Origin: Nitrobacter sp.
GTDB lineage: Bacteria > Pseudomonadota > Alphaproteobacteria > Rhizobiales > Xanthobacteraceae
DNA length: 64,000 nt
Direction of reading: 5' to 3'
NCBI RefSeq assembly: GCF_051535235.1
Contig: NZ_JBPPLZ010000012.1
Span: 801-64,800, forward strand
Positions 1 to 10,192 of the stretch are shown here, in pieces. The stretch's first letter is position 1, and every line of letters starts with the position of its first letter. A program made the position numbers and the translations under genes. Under the pieces are notes generated by a model that was not told the DNA's origin, ran no database searches, and saw only the letters and a list, made by a program, of their open reading frames with translations.

Positions 1-184
1 CCGTGACGCATCAAGGGGTTCAGACGCCATTGATGTTCGCGACTCCGCTCGGCACGGCGTGCACGCGAGTCTTGGACGAGCATGAAAAACCCGCGGTTTC
101 TATCGCGCCTTCCTCCGGGGGGAGCTGGAGTCCGCGAGGTGCAGGAATTTAGCCGGTCGCAGGCGGACATCGGGGGACAACGGT

Positions 185-2236
185 TTGAATACGGCACGCG
201 GTGGACATGGCGGACGCGAGACCGGGACCATCGACCTCGGCCACGAACCGCCGCTGTCCGCCGATGGATCCGAAGCAGCCGTGATCGATCGCCGCCGCAT
301 CTCCGTGCAGTGGTTCAGCGGCACCATTCTCACAGGCTTGTGCGGCGCGGCCCTCATCGGCGGCGCCGTTTTCGCGTCGCTTGATGGCGAGACCACCTTT
401 GCAAGGATGCCCGAGCGCGTGGAAGGCGCGCTGCGCGGCTCGGTCGGCGCCGGGGACCATCAAACCAGCCTGCACAAAAGCGACCGCCTGCCGCCGCCGA
501 GCGAGGCCGCCGCCGCAAGGCAGGTTATCCGCGTATCGACCGTGACCCGCGCCGGCAGCCGCGACGTGATGCGCGTGCGGCCCTTCGTTCGCGTGTCCGG
601 CAACCTGTCGATGGCGACCAGCGACCTCAGCGCGAAAATCCCGCCGTTCAACGCCCAGCGGCTGCTGTCCGACGTCGGAAGCCCCGCCCGAAGCGGATCC
701 GACGATGCCAATGCGGCCGCCGCGGCCGAACCCGACGCCGAAGTCTCCTTTGTCACCCGCGACCTCGCGCCGCTGCTGCCGAAGGCGAAGATCGCGACCA
801 CGATTCCGATCGATGAAATCATGGGACGGGTGCGCGATGCCTCGAACTGGCGCGGCAACAGCGGCGTGAGGTACACCATGGCCGATGCGACGGCCGACGC
901 CGCCGGCGCGACGTCGAGCATCAAGATGGCCTATGCCGGCGAAGGCGGCGTCGATCCCTATGCCGGATTTGAAGCCCGCATCGTTCCCGAAAACGTGACG
1001 CTGCTCCCGAAGACCAAGGATCAGCTCACCGGCGGCAATCCGGTCGGCGAGCGCGTGCATCTGGTCAAGAAAGGCGACACCGTCGTCTCGGTGCTGCGCG
1101 ACCAGGGCGCGACGCCGGAAGAAGCGAGGTCGATCGCCGCGACGCTGGGGCCGCGCGGCCGCGACGGCGGCCTCAGGGAAGGCGAGAGGCTGCGCATCCT
1201 GATGGCGCCCGCGGGCCCCGGCCAGCGGCTTCAGCCCTATCGCGTGATCGTGGCGAACGACTCGACGATCGAGGCCGTCGCCGCACTGTCGGATCTCGGC
1301 AATTATGTCGCCGTCGACGTCACAAGCATGAATTCGGGCGGAGAGATTGCCGACAATAACGATGACGATGACGACGATGGCAGCGGCGTCCGGCTTTATC
1401 AAAGCATCTATGAGACCGCGTTGCGCGACAAGGTACCGCCCGCGATCATCGAAGACATGGTCCGCATCTACTCCTATGACGTCGATTTCCAGCGCAAGGT
1501 CCAGCCCGGCGATTCGTTCGACGTCTTCTATGCCGGCGACGATGAGGCAACGCCGACGACCGAAAAGAACGAGGTGCTTTATGCCTCGCTCACCGTCGGC
1601 GGCGAGACAAAGAAATACTATCGCTTCCAGACCCCCGATGACGCCGTCGTCGACTACTACGACGAGACCGGCAAGAGCGCGAAGAAGTTCCTGGTCCGCA
1701 AGCCGGTCGCCAGCGCCATCATGCGGTCCGGCTTCGGCATTCGGCGTCACCCCATCCTCGGCTACGTGAAGATGCATACCGGCGTCGACTGGGCCACGCC
1801 GTACGGCACGCCGATCTTCGCGACCGGAAACGGCGTGGTGGAGAAAGCCGAATGGGAAGGCGGTTACGGCAAGTACGTCCGCATCAAGCACAACAACGGC
1901 TATGAAACCGCCTACGGTCATATGTCCGCCTTCGCCAAGGGCATGGAGCCCGGCAAGCGCGTGCGGCAGGGCCAGGTGATCGGGTTCGTCGGCTCGACGG
2001 GCCGCTCCACCGGAGCGCACGTCCACTACGAAATCCTGGTCAATGGCCGCTTCGTCGACCCGATGCGCGTCAGGCTTCCGCGCGGGCGGTCGCTGGAGGG
2101 TCCGCTCCTTGCCAGTTTCGAGAAAGAACGCGACCGGCTCGAGGCGATGATGAACAGCCGCAATGCCGGCGCCCGTGTGTCGGATGCCGCGGGCTCCCCT
2201 GCCCTGCCGCAAGCCCGCCAGATCACCAACCGCTGA
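185..2236 (+). CDS. M23 family peptidoglycan DD-metalloendopeptidase
   Basis: N-terminal TM helix; C-terminal M23 motifs HTGVD (HxxxD) and HVH; GC-rich codon usage. Confidence 0.9.
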   Translation: MNTARGGHGGRETGTIDLGHEPPLSADGSEAAVIDRRRISVQWFSGTILTGLCGAALIGGAVFASLDGETTFARMPERVEGALRGSVGAGDHQTSLHKSDRLPPPSEAAAARQVIRVSTVTRAGSRDVMRVRPFVRVSGNLSMATSDLSAKIPPFNAQRLLSDVGSPARSGSDDANAAAAAEPDAEVSFVTRDLAPLLPKAKIATTIPIDEIMGRVRDASNWRGNSGVRYTMADATADAAGATSSIKMAYAGEGGVDPYAGFEARIVPENVTLLPKTKDQLTGGNPVGERVHLVKKGDTVVSVLRDQGATPEEARSIAATLGPRGRDGGLREGERLRILMAPAGPGQRLQPYRVIVANDSTIEAVAALSDLGNYVAVDVTSMNSGGEIADNNDDDDDDGSGVRLYQSIYETALRDKVPPAIIEDMVRIYSYDVDFQRKVQPGDSFDVFYAGDDEATPTTEKNEVLYASLTVGGETKKYYRFQTPDDAVVDYYDETGKSAKKFLVRKPVASAIMRSGFGIRRHPILGYVKMHTGVDWATPYGTPIFATGNGVVEKAEWEGGYGKYVRIKHNNGYETAYGHMSAFAKGMEPGKRVRQGQVIGFVGSTGRSTGAHVHYEILVNGRFVDPMRVRLPRGRSLEGPLLASFEKERDRLEAMMNSRNAGARVSDAAGSPALPQARQITNR

Positions 2237-2280
2237 GGCGGGGTGATCAAAGCCGGGAGAAAACCGATCCGCATGTCGGC

Positions 2281-2664
2281 TCAATGTGAGGGTTGCTCAC
2301 ATGCGCGCAGCGTCGTGATGTGAACGCCCACGGGATGGCCCAGGATGTCGGACAAGGTGCGACAGCTTCCGTCCACACACAGCCGCCACTCGCCGGCCAG
2401 GCCTGAATTGCCGAGCACGAGTTGCGGCATCGGAGCGCGCTTCGGCCGCCACTGAAACCAGCCATCGATGAGCCGCGCCTCCGGCGGCGGCTCCATGCCG
2501 GCGCCCGAGCCCTTCACGCGCGCTTCCACCAGTTCGAGGCCAAGCGGCGTGACGCGCCAGTCTTCCTGCCAGTCGACCTTTTCGATCGAATGGGTCCACA
2601 CCAGCGTGAACGCCGCAAGCGCCAGCGCCTTGGTGACACCCGCCGAGATCAGGCAAAGGCTCAT
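2281..2664 (-). CDS. DUF1850 domain protein (TRAP-associated)
   Basis: WTHSIEK...W.EDW...GSGAGM motif; ATG overlaps the TRAP permease stop (ATGA). Confidence 0.75.
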   Translation of the reverse strand: MSLCLISAGVTKALALAAFTLVWTHSIEKVDWQEDWRVTPLGLELVEARVKGSGAGMEPPPEARLIDGWFQWRPKRAPMPQLVLGNSGLAGEWRLCVDGSCRTLSDILGHPVGVHITTLRACEQPSH

Positions 2665-4808
2665 GTCGCAGCCGCCGCGGACCGGGATCGTTGCCGCCAC
2701 TGCCACACCAGGATCGCGAGCGTCAACACGTAGCCCAACCAGTCGCTGTACTGGAATTCACCGAGCAGGCAGAGTGCGGCGACAAATGCGATGACCCGTT
2801 CCACGAGCCTCATTCGTGTAAACAGGTAGCCGATCGCGACCATGCCGAACAATCCGATCGCCACCAGCGCCTTGACGGTCGAATAGGCCACGGCGCCGTA
2901 GAAGCCGAGTTCGGCCGCCATCGGATCGCCGGCCTGCAACATCAGCGACGGCGAATACACCGCGATGAACGGAATCACGTAGCCGGCCAGCGCGATCCGC
3001 ATCGCCTCCCAGCCGATCTTGTCCGGATTTTCCTTGGCGATCGGCGCGGCCGCAAGCGCCGCCAGCGCTACCGGCGGCGAGAGATCGGCCATGATGCCGT
3101 AATAGAATGCGAACATATGGCTCACGATCAGCGGAACGCCCAATTTGGCGAGCGCCGGCGCGGCGAGCGAGGCCGTGATGATGTAGGTCGGGATGGTCGG
3201 AATGCCGGTGCCGAGCAGGATCGACAGCAGCATCGTCATGATAAGCGCCAGGAACAGGCTCCTGGCGCCAAGACCGATCACCCAGCCGCCGAAGACGGTG
3301 CCGACGCCGGTCTGCGTCATCATGCCGATGATGGTGCCGACGATGGCGCAGGCCATGCCGACGGCAAGCGCCGACTTGGAACTCTCGGCGAGCGAGTCGC
3401 GGCAGGCTCCCAGCGTGGCCCGTCCCCCCCGCGTCAGCAGGCTGAGCAGGGCCAGGCCCGCAATCACGTAGGATACAAACACGATATCGAGACCGTTACG
3501 CGACAACACGCCGACGATCAGCGCAAGCCCGATCCAGAACACATAGCGCAACGCCTTGTTGGGCAGGCCGAGCACGATGCTGGCGCCGAGGATCAGCGTC
3601 ACCGTCAGCGACAGGCCGATGATGCCGGCGTAGAGCGGCGTGAACCCCTCGAACAGCATGTAGACCAGCGCGGCCAGCGGCAGCACGAGAAACCAGCGAT
3701 CGACCAGCGCCTTCCAGGCGCTGGGGATCTCCGACCGCGCCATGCCGACGAGCCCGTTCTTGCCGGCTTCGAGATGCACCATCCAGAATGCGGAGGCGAA
3801 ATAGAGAACGGCCGGAATCACGGCGGCCTTGACGATGACGGAGTAATCGACGCCGAGCGTTTCCGCCATGATGAAGGCGACCGCGCCCATCACTGGCGGC
3901 ATGATCTGCCCGCCCATCGAGGCGGTGGCCTCGACGCCCGCGGCGAACGCGCGGCGATAGCCGAACCTGATCATCAGCGGAATCGTGAACTGGCCGACCG
4001 TGACCACGTTCGCCACGCCGGAGCCCGAGATCGTGCCCATCAGGCCCGACGCGATCACCGCGACCTTTGCGGGCCCGCCGCGGGTGCGGCCGAACAGCCC
4101 GAGCGAGACGTCGGTGAAGAGCTGGATCATGCCGGCGCGTTCGAGGAACGAGCCGAACATGATGAACAGGAAGATGTAGGTCGCGGACACGTAGATCGGA
4201 ACGCCGTAGAACCCTTCAGTGCCGTAGGACAGATGAGTGATGATCTGATCGAAGGCATAGCCGCGATGATTGAACGGCGCCGGCAGATATTGCCCGAAGA
4301 ACCAGTAGACGATGCACGCGCCGCACATCAGCGGCAGCGCGAGACCCATCAGCCTGCGGGTGCCTTCAAAGATCAGCACGGCGAGCAGGGTTCCGACCAC
4401 AAGATCGAGCGTGGTGGGGTCACCGTCACGCAGGATCAGGTCGGCGTAGAATATCCACTGGTAGAGGCCACACAGAAATCCGATGCCGCCGATGAACCAG
4501 CCGAGCGCGCGGCCCGCATTGCTCTTCGCGGTGAAGTTGGCCACCAGCCCGAACGTCATCAGGATCAGGAAGCCGACATGAACGCCACGCACCACCTGAC
4601 TTGGCAGCACGTTCCAGGCCGCGATCACGATCTGAAAGGCGGCGAACGCGATGCCGATGGCGTAAGCAAGGTATCCCCAGCCGCCGGGACCGAACCCTGC
4701 GGGGAATCCGTGTTCGAAATTATCGAACTGCGTGACGGGTGCCGCGGCGGCTTGCGGCTGCGACATCTCGAACCTCTCGGCGGACACCGTGTCCGGTCCT
4801 TGTTTCAA
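2661..4808 (-). CDS. TRAP transporter fused 4TM/12TM permease (TAXI-associated)
   Basis: Many TM helices; GGPAKVAV, SGSGVANVV, ASMGGQIMPPVMGAVAFIMAE motifs; start could be 4766. Confidence 0.92.
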   Translation of the reverse strand: MKQGPDTVSAERFEMSQPQAAAAPVTQFDNFEHGFPAGFGPGGWGYLAYAIGIAFAAFQIVIAAWNVLPSQVVRGVHVGFLILMTFGLVANFTAKSNAGRALGWFIGGIGFLCGLYQWIFYADLILRDGDPTTLDLVVGTLLAVLIFEGTRRLMGLALPLMCGACIVYWFFGQYLPAPFNHRGYAFDQIITHLSYGTEGFYGVPIYVSATYIFLFIMFGSFLERAGMIQLFTDVSLGLFGRTRGGPAKVAVIASGLMGTISGSGVANVVTVGQFTIPLMIRFGYRRAFAAGVEATASMGGQIMPPVMGAVAFIMAETLGVDYSVIVKAAVIPAVLYFASAFWMVHLEAGKNGLVGMARSEIPSAWKALVDRWFLVLPLAALVYMLFEGFTPLYAGIIGLSLTVTLILGASIVLGLPNKALRYVFWIGLALIVGVLSRNGLDIVFVSYVIAGLALLSLLTRGGRATLGACRDSLAESSKSALAVGMACAIVGTIIGMMTQTGVGTVFGGWVIGLGARSLFLALIMTMLLSILLGTGIPTIPTYIITASLAAPALAKLGVPLIVSHMFAFYYGIMADLSPPVALAALAAAPIAKENPDKIGWEAMRIALAGYVIPFIAVYSPSLMLQAGDPMAAELGFYGAVAYSTVKALVAIGLFGMVAIGYLFTRMRLVERVIAFVAALCLLGEFQYSDWLGYVLTLAILVWQWRQRSRSAAAAT

Positions 4809-4918
4809 TCCTCCGTCCGAAATTCAGTCGTTTCGACGACATACGCCGGCGGCGGACACCATCGATCACGCCCGCCGCGCCGTCTCCGGAATAATGCTGG
4901 CCCAACCGTCGGCCGGCG

Positions 4919-5866
4919 CTACTTGATGAGTCCTTTTTCCTTGAAGTAGCGGATCGCGCCGGGGTGCAACGGAACCGGGCTATTCATCGCAGCGTCTTCC
5001 AGCTTGATGCCGCGCGCGGCCGAGTGTGCTGAAATCAGGTCGGGAAGCGACTCATAGACCAGCTTCGTCATCTGGTAGGCGAGATCGTCGGACACCGCCG
5101 AACTGGTGACGAGGTAATTGACGACGGCCGCGGTCGGAACGTCCTTGTCCTGCCCCTTGTAGGTGTTGGCCGGAATGATCGCCGAGACAAATGGCGGCCC
5201 GATCTTGTCGACGATTTCCTTCGGCACCGAGACCACGACGATGTCGCTCGAATTGCTGAGATCCTTCAGCGAAGCGACGCCAAGACCGGCCGATTGCAGC
5301 GTCGCGGTGAGTTGCCTGTTCTTCATCAGGTCGACGGACTCGGCGAACGGCAGATACTCCACCTTGCCGAGATCCTTGTAGTCCATGCCCGCCGCTTTCA
5401 GGATCGCCCGCGAGTTCAGTTCGGTCCCTGATTTCGGCGCGCCGACCGAGAGAGTCTTGCCCTTGAGATCGGCCAGCGTCTTGATGCCGCTGTCCGCGGT
5501 CGCAACGATCTGGATATAGTTCGGATAGATCGCGCCGATGGTCCGCAGCTTGGTCAGTTTGGTCTTGAAACCGGCCTCGGCGTCGCCCTCCCACGCCGCT
5601 TTCAGCGAGTCGCCGAGCGTGAAGGCGATCTCGCCACGCCCCTGCTCCAGCAGATTGAGATTCTCGACCGAGGCCTTGGTCGCCTGGACCTGGGTTTTCA
5701 CGTTCGGGATCTTGTCGCTGTATATTTTGCCGATGGCGACGCCGAGCGGATAGTAAACGCCGGAGGTTCCCCCGGTCAGCACGTTGATGAACTGCTGCGT
5801 GTGGGCGGCAGGGACCGAAAGGACGGCGGCTGACAAGGCAACGGCAACGATGAATTTCGAACCCAT
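4919..5866 (-). CDS. TAXI family TRAP solute-binding protein
   Basis: Signal peptide; TGGTSGVYYPLG, ASVENL, PLHPGA motifs. Confidence 0.92.
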   Translation of the reverse strand: MGSKFIVAVALSAAVLSVPAAHTQQFINVLTGGTSGVYYPLGVAIGKIYSDKIPNVKTQVQATKASVENLNLLEQGRGEIAFTLGDSLKAAWEGDAEAGFKTKLTKLRTIGAIYPNYIQIVATADSGIKTLADLKGKTLSVGAPKSGTELNSRAILKAAGMDYKDLGKVEYLPFAESVDLMKNRQLTATLQSAGLGVASLKDLSNSSDIVVVSVPKEIVDKIGPPFVSAIIPANTYKGQDKDVPTAAVVNYLVTSSAVSDDLAYQMTKLVYESLPDLISAHSAARGIKLEDAAMNSPVPLHPGAIRYFKEKGLIK

Positions 5867-6193
5867 CAGATCGTTCTCCCGTTTGCTCGGAAGAAAGTGA
5901 CCGGGTGGCGCGACGCGGTCAACGTGAAACAAACGAAGGTACGACGAAAACCGCTTTAGACATTGGTATGAGTGAAGGCGCCTGCGAACACACATACGGA
6001 CCGCGCGCGCATATCCGAACATCCGCCTCCATGAACTTCGGCCTGTTCTCGCGTGTCAGCAAGGCACGTGCGGCGCAACCCAATATTGTTCCAGCGTCCA
6101 GACGGGTTTCCCTGCGGCCGAATCCGGCGGATAACAGCGGGCTGTTCAACCCGTCAGTCCTTTTTTGCACCGTGCGAGCGCAAGATCCGAGCC

Positions 6194-7480
6194 ATGACCG
6201 AACAACGCAACCTTTTGCGCGCGATCTTCGACGCGGCCGTGGCCGCCGCTCATCCCGACAACATTCTCGATGCGCACCTGCCGCGCGCCCCGAAAGGTCG
6301 CGTGATCTGCCTTGCCGCGGGAAAAAGCGCGGCCGCCATGGCCGCGGTCGTGGAACGGCATTACCTCGACGCCGCGGGACTCGACCCCGAACGTCTGGTT
6401 GGCATGGCCACGACACGTCATGGCCACGGCGTTCCGACACGCCGCATCGCAGCGATCGAGGCCGGCCATCCCGTGCCCGACGAGGCGAGCCTGCGCGGCG
6501 CCGATCTCAGCTTGAGGCTCGCGAGCAGCGCCACCCCCGACGATCTGCTGCTGGTCCTGCTGTCGGGCGGCGGATCGGCCAACTGGATCGCGCCCGTGGA
6601 CGGCGTATCGCTCGCGCAGAAGCAGCAGGTCAACCGCGCTTTGCTCCGATCCGGCGCGCCGATCGGCGACGTCAACACGGTGCGCCGGCATCTGTCGCGC
6701 ATCAAGGGCGGGCGGCTGGCGCGGGCGGGACGATGCGCGGAGATCGTGACGCTGGCGATATCGGATGTGCCGCGCGACGAACCGGCCGACATTGCCTCCG
6801 GCCCGACCGTGCCCGATCCGACCACGCTGGCCGACGCCCGCGCGCTGGTCGCTAAGTACAATCTCACGCTCGACGACGCCGTCATCCGCGCCCTCAACGA
6901 CCCGGCCAACGAGAGTTGCAAGCCGGGCGACACCGCCTTCGCGCGCGCCCGCTTCGAGATTATCGCGCGCCCCGGCGTCTCGCTCGCCGCAGCCGTCAGG
7001 CTCGCGCGCGATGCCGGCTTTGAGGTGGTCGACCTCGGCGCCGATCTCGAAGGCGAGGCCCGCGATGTCGCCGCGGATCATGCAAGGGTGGCGCTGAAGG
7101 CGCGCGCTGACGGACGGAAACTTGCGATCCTGTCAGGCGGCGAGCTTACGGTGACGGTGCGCGGCGATGGGCGCGGCGGACCCAACCAGGAATACGCGCT
7201 GTCGCTGGTATCGCAACTCAAGGATACGCCCGGCATCTCGGCACTGGCGGCCGACACCGACGGCGCCGACGGCGGCGCGGGCAGCGCGACCGATCCGGCC
7301 GGCGCCGTGATCGATGCCCGCACCTTTGCGACCATGCGCGCGCAACACCTCGATCCCCTCGCCTATCTCGCCAACAACGACGCCACCGCGTTCTTCGCAG
7401 CCACCGGCGATCTGCTGCTGACCGGTCCGACCCTCACCAATGTCAACGACATCCGCGCCATTCTGGTTGATGCCGTCTGA
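6194..7480 (+). CDS. glycerate kinase type 2 (MOFRL/TtuD family)
   Basis: GKSAAAMA, AGHPVPD, SGGGSA, IKGGRLA, TGPTLTNVND motifs. Confidence 0.9.
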   Translation: MTEQRNLLRAIFDAAVAAAHPDNILDAHLPRAPKGRVICLAAGKSAAAMAAVVERHYLDAAGLDPERLVGMATTRHGHGVPTRRIAAIEAGHPVPDEASLRGADLSLRLASSATPDDLLLVLLSGGGSANWIAPVDGVSLAQKQQVNRALLRSGAPIGDVNTVRRHLSRIKGGRLARAGRCAEIVTLAISDVPRDEPADIASGPTVPDPTTLADARALVAKYNLTLDDAVIRALNDPANESCKPGDTAFARARFEIIARPGVSLAAAVRLARDAGFEVVDLGADLEGEARDVAADHARVALKARADGRKLAILSGGELTVTVRGDGRGGPNQEYALSLVSQLKDTPGISALAADTDGADGGAGSATDPAGAVIDARTFATMRAQHLDPLAYLANNDATAFFAATGDLLLTGPTLTNVNDIRAILVDAV

Positions 7481-7532
7481 TCGGCAGCGCTGCGGGTCTG
7501 GTCCTCATGCGGCCGACGCGCGACGTGCCGGT

Positions 7533-8120
7533 TCAGGCCGCGGCTTCGTGCTCCTGACAGATCGCGCCGCTGTCGGCATCGGAGAGCGGCTCGTCGAGCA
7601 CCGCGCAATGATGCGGCGCGGCATGGCCCGGCAAGGCATTGCAGCGAAAATGCCGGCAGGTCCGGCAAATGCCAAAGGCGCGACCGTTATTGCGCGCGAT
7701 CATCGCCGACAGGACGGCCTGCAGCGTCGCCAGCAGTTCGGCGGGATCGCCGCCGGTGCCGACCGTGATGTCGTCCGCCAGTTGCCTCAGCGGATCGTCT
7801 CTCAACACGGCCTCGCCGCGCCGGGTCAGCGCCAATTCGACCGAGCGGCCGTCGCGCCGGCTGGCCTGCCGCGACGCCAGCCCCTTCTGCTCCAGCGCGA
7901 TCAGGGTTTGGGAAATGGTGCCGCGGGTGGAGCCGGCATAATCGGCCAGCGCCGCCGGCGTGCGCGAAAAGCGGTTGGCGCGCGACAGGTAGCGCAACGC
8001 CTCCCACTGCGCGGGATTAAGCCCGGCAATGTTGACGCCGCTGCGGCTCAGCCGGTCGAGCCGGCCGATCAGATAGGCCGCCTCATGCGACGCAGATGGT
8101 AGCGACTCGCTATTTTTCAT
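7533..8120 (-). CDS. MarR family regulator with C-terminal Cys/His metal-binding motif
   Basis: wHTH (LNPAQWEALRYL...TRGTISQTLIALEQKGL, DGRS); C-terminal CRTCRHF...HHC...C. Confidence 0.85.
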   Translation of the reverse strand: MKNSESLPSASHEAAYLIGRLDRLSRSGVNIAGLNPAQWEALRYLSRANRFSRTPAALADYAGSTRGTISQTLIALEQKGLASRQASRRDGRSVELALTRRGEAVLRDDPLRQLADDITVGTGGDPAELLATLQAVLSAMIARNNGRAFGICRTCRHFRCNALPGHAAPHHCAVLDEPLSDADSGAICQEHEAAA

Positions 8121-8154
8121 TGACTCAATCCAGATTGTCAGTCACACCATATGG

Positions 8155-8167
8155 TATCGACTCGATA
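8155..8167. promoter_or_regulatory. palindromic operator candidate (TATCGAcTCGATA) for the MarR regulator
   Basis: Perfect 6-1-6 palindrome in the short divergent intergenic region. Confidence 0.45.
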
Positions 8168-8186
8168 TTATCAATCGGAGTATTGC

Positions 8187-8930
8187 ATGCCTTCATCGGT
8201 CATCAGGTTTTCCGCGGGAACGTTCGCCGCTGCGCTTATGCAAGGCGCCCTGGCAACCTCGTCCCTTGCCCACGACATCCACGCCAGGCCCGACGCCGCC
8301 GTACCGCCGGCCTTCGACGTCACCAGTGCCTCCGCCACGACCGACGGACGGCTCGCCACCTTCGCCATGGAAGTCAGCGGCGACGCCGGGTCGCTGAAGC
8401 CGCAAAAGGTCGGCAAACTCGCCGGAGCTAAAGTGGACGCCTACGTCTGGCCGACCAAGCTCGATCCCGCGGCGGTCGGATTTGCGAAGGGCTCGGGCAT
8501 CCTGGCGCTGGCCATTACCGCGCATCCGGATTTCGACGATACGCCGCTGTTCGACGAAAACGGCGACGGCGACCCGAGCAACGACGGCGCCGGCTGGCAT
8601 TCGCACTGGGTCGTGCTGGCCAACGACAAGGCCTGCGCCGGCGGCCTCAAGGTGCTGGACATCTCGCCGGGCCAGGACCTGATGCCGGCCACCGCCCCCG
8701 GCTTGCCGCTGGCGCTCGACAGCCCCGGTATGAGCCCCATCATCAAAGGCAAGACGGTGCGCATCACCGTGCCGGTCAAGGGCGCGGAGAACATCAACTT
8801 CGATGCCGTCGCCGCGCATCTGCAGGTCAACGAAACCGGCAAGGCTCCGCTTTTGTGCGTCACCGGCACCTACAAGGTTGCGTCAGGCAGTCTCACGCTG
8901 CCGGGCGTCATCGTGAAGGAGAAGAAATAG
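8187..8930 (+). CDS. secreted conserved hypothetical protein (HPDFDDTPLFDEN / WHSHWVVL motifs)
   Basis: Signal peptide followed by AHDIH; strong coding bias; divergent from the MarR gene. Confidence 0.75.
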   Translation: MPSSVIRFSAGTFAAALMQGALATSSLAHDIHARPDAAVPPAFDVTSASATTDGRLATFAMEVSGDAGSLKPQKVGKLAGAKVDAYVWPTKLDPAAVGFAKGSGILALAITAHPDFDDTPLFDENGDGDPSNDGAGWHSHWVVLANDKACAGGLKVLDISPGQDLMPATAPGLPLALDSPGMSPIIKGKTVRITVPVKGAENINFDAVAAHLQVNETGKAPLLCVTGTYKVASGSLTLPGVIVKEKK

Positions 8931-8990
8931 GTTCGCAAACGAGGCCGCTTGCGAGGCGTGCCCGATCAATCACCGATGCGGCGGCGCGGG

Positions 8991-9392
8991 CTACGCCGGG
9001 ATAAGCACCACCTCGTCGTCGTCGATCTGGTCGTCGAGCGGAGCGAACGTGCTGAGCGGTCTGGTCGAAAGCGTGATCGGCTTGCGTTGGCCGTGCGCGG
9101 CGGGCGCCGCATGGGGTTGCCGGGCTTCACGCGACAGCGCGAACAGCGTGGAGCCGACGCGACCGCCGAGTTGAATCAGATCGCGCTCGGAGCAACTCGA
9201 GGCGATCGACAGCGCCAGCGTATGCAGATGGCTCCGGCGGTAGCAGAACAGTGCCAGCATCGCTCGTACATCCGGAGCGACGCTGGCGATGAGCTGAGGC
9301 AATCCATGCTCGTTGGCACGATACATGGCGCCCAACAGATCATCCTTGACTGGACATATATCGTTCTCGAAAGCGTCCCGACTCGACCACAT
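8991..9392 (-). CDS. conserved hypothetical protein
   Basis: RBS (GGAGAG) upstream; LALFCYRRSHL motif; protein-like composition. Confidence 0.7.
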   Translation of the reverse strand: MWSSRDAFENDICPVKDDLLGAMYRANEHGLPQLIASVAPDVRAMLALFCYRRSHLHTLALSIASSCSERDLIQLGGRVGSTLFALSREARQPHAAPAAHGQRKPITLSTRPLSTFAPLDDQIDDDEVVLIPA

Positions 9393-9430
9393 GGAAACTC
9401 TCCTGGATCAAGAGGATGCAACGCAATTTC

Positions 9431-9446
9431 CTAACGAGAAGTTAAC
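9431..9446. promoter_or_regulatory. CtrA-box-like site
   Basis: cTAA-cgagaag-TTAAC matches TAA-N7-TTAAC, about 40 bp upstream of the 9392 start. Confidence 0.4.
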
Positions 9447-9531
9447 CACCCGCACAAAGAGCGGCCGGACGGCCTTGCATTCCGGTTCCGAATCAGAGGG
9501 CGGGGCGTTGGTACGATTCGCGGAGCGCCGG

Positions 9532-9942
9532 TCAGGCGTTGAAGGCCATGACCACCGACAGGCCGAAGCCGGTAAGATGATGCAGCGCCTGATCGACGCC
9601 GATCAGCGTCCAGAACCAAGGGTGCTGGCGCTCCTGCGTCACCTCGAAGGTCGAGGAGATGAAACCCTTGGCGCGGTCCACGACGATATGGATCGCAAAA
9701 TCGACGAATGCGAGAAACCAGAAGCGCGGCGCGATCACCAAAATCAGTGCCAGCGCAAGCGCCAGATGCACGAGGCAGTGCGCAAGCAGCGGCAGCGCCC
9801 AGCCGGTCTTCTGATCCTTGCCGATCGCCATCCACGAATTTTGCAGCACAAAATCGGCGATCACGTGCTTGACGGTCAGCACGGCCATCCAGCCAGCCAG
9901 CGAACCAACGACAATCGTCGACGACAATGAGGGAAGCAGCAC
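9532..9942 (-). CDS. DUF3307 membrane protein
   Basis: KHVIADFVLQ, H...H, HIVVD, GVDQALHH motifs. Confidence 0.85.
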   Translation of the reverse strand: MLLPSLSSTIVVGSLAGWMAVLTVKHVIADFVLQNSWMAIGKDQKTGWALPLLAHCLVHLALALALILVIAPRFWFLAFVDFAIHIVVDRAKGFISSTFEVTQERQHPWFWTLIGVDQALHHLTGFGLSVVMAFNA

Positions 9943-9966
9943 CCGAACGCCCCTGTCAGTGTAGTA

Positions 9967-10018
9967 GTTCAGACGTTCGCTTCATCGCCCTGCGAGTCCG
10001 TCAGGCGAACGTCTGAAC
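9967..10018. repeat. 14-bp perfect inverted repeat (hairpin)
   Basis: GTTCAGACGTTCGC ... GCGAACGTCTGAAC. Confidence 0.8.
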
Positions 10019-10043
10019 CCTAAACCACACCAGAACTATAAAA

Positions 10044-10122
10044 TCACCAGTGTCCCGATTCCGAAGTTCGCATCAAAGGTTACTGCAAGGAGAAGCGAGC
10101 TTCGGAATCGGGACACTGGTGA
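10044..10122. repeat. 28-bp-arm palindromic repeat (MITE/REP-like)
   Basis: TCACCAGTGTCCCGATTCCGAAGTTCGC ... GCGAGCTTCGGAATCGGGACACTGGTGA, one mismatch. Confidence 0.8.
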
Positions 10123-10192
10123 ATCGATTTTAACATTCGCATCCGTTTCTTGCGAGTATCTTGGCGGACGTCACACTCTGAAGAACCACGGC

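Noticed and set aside
149-4949. Long antisense ORFs (149..2284 minus, 2691..4949 plus; likewise 43525..45801 minus)
   Set aside because: Shadow frames of well-supported genes in high-GC DNA
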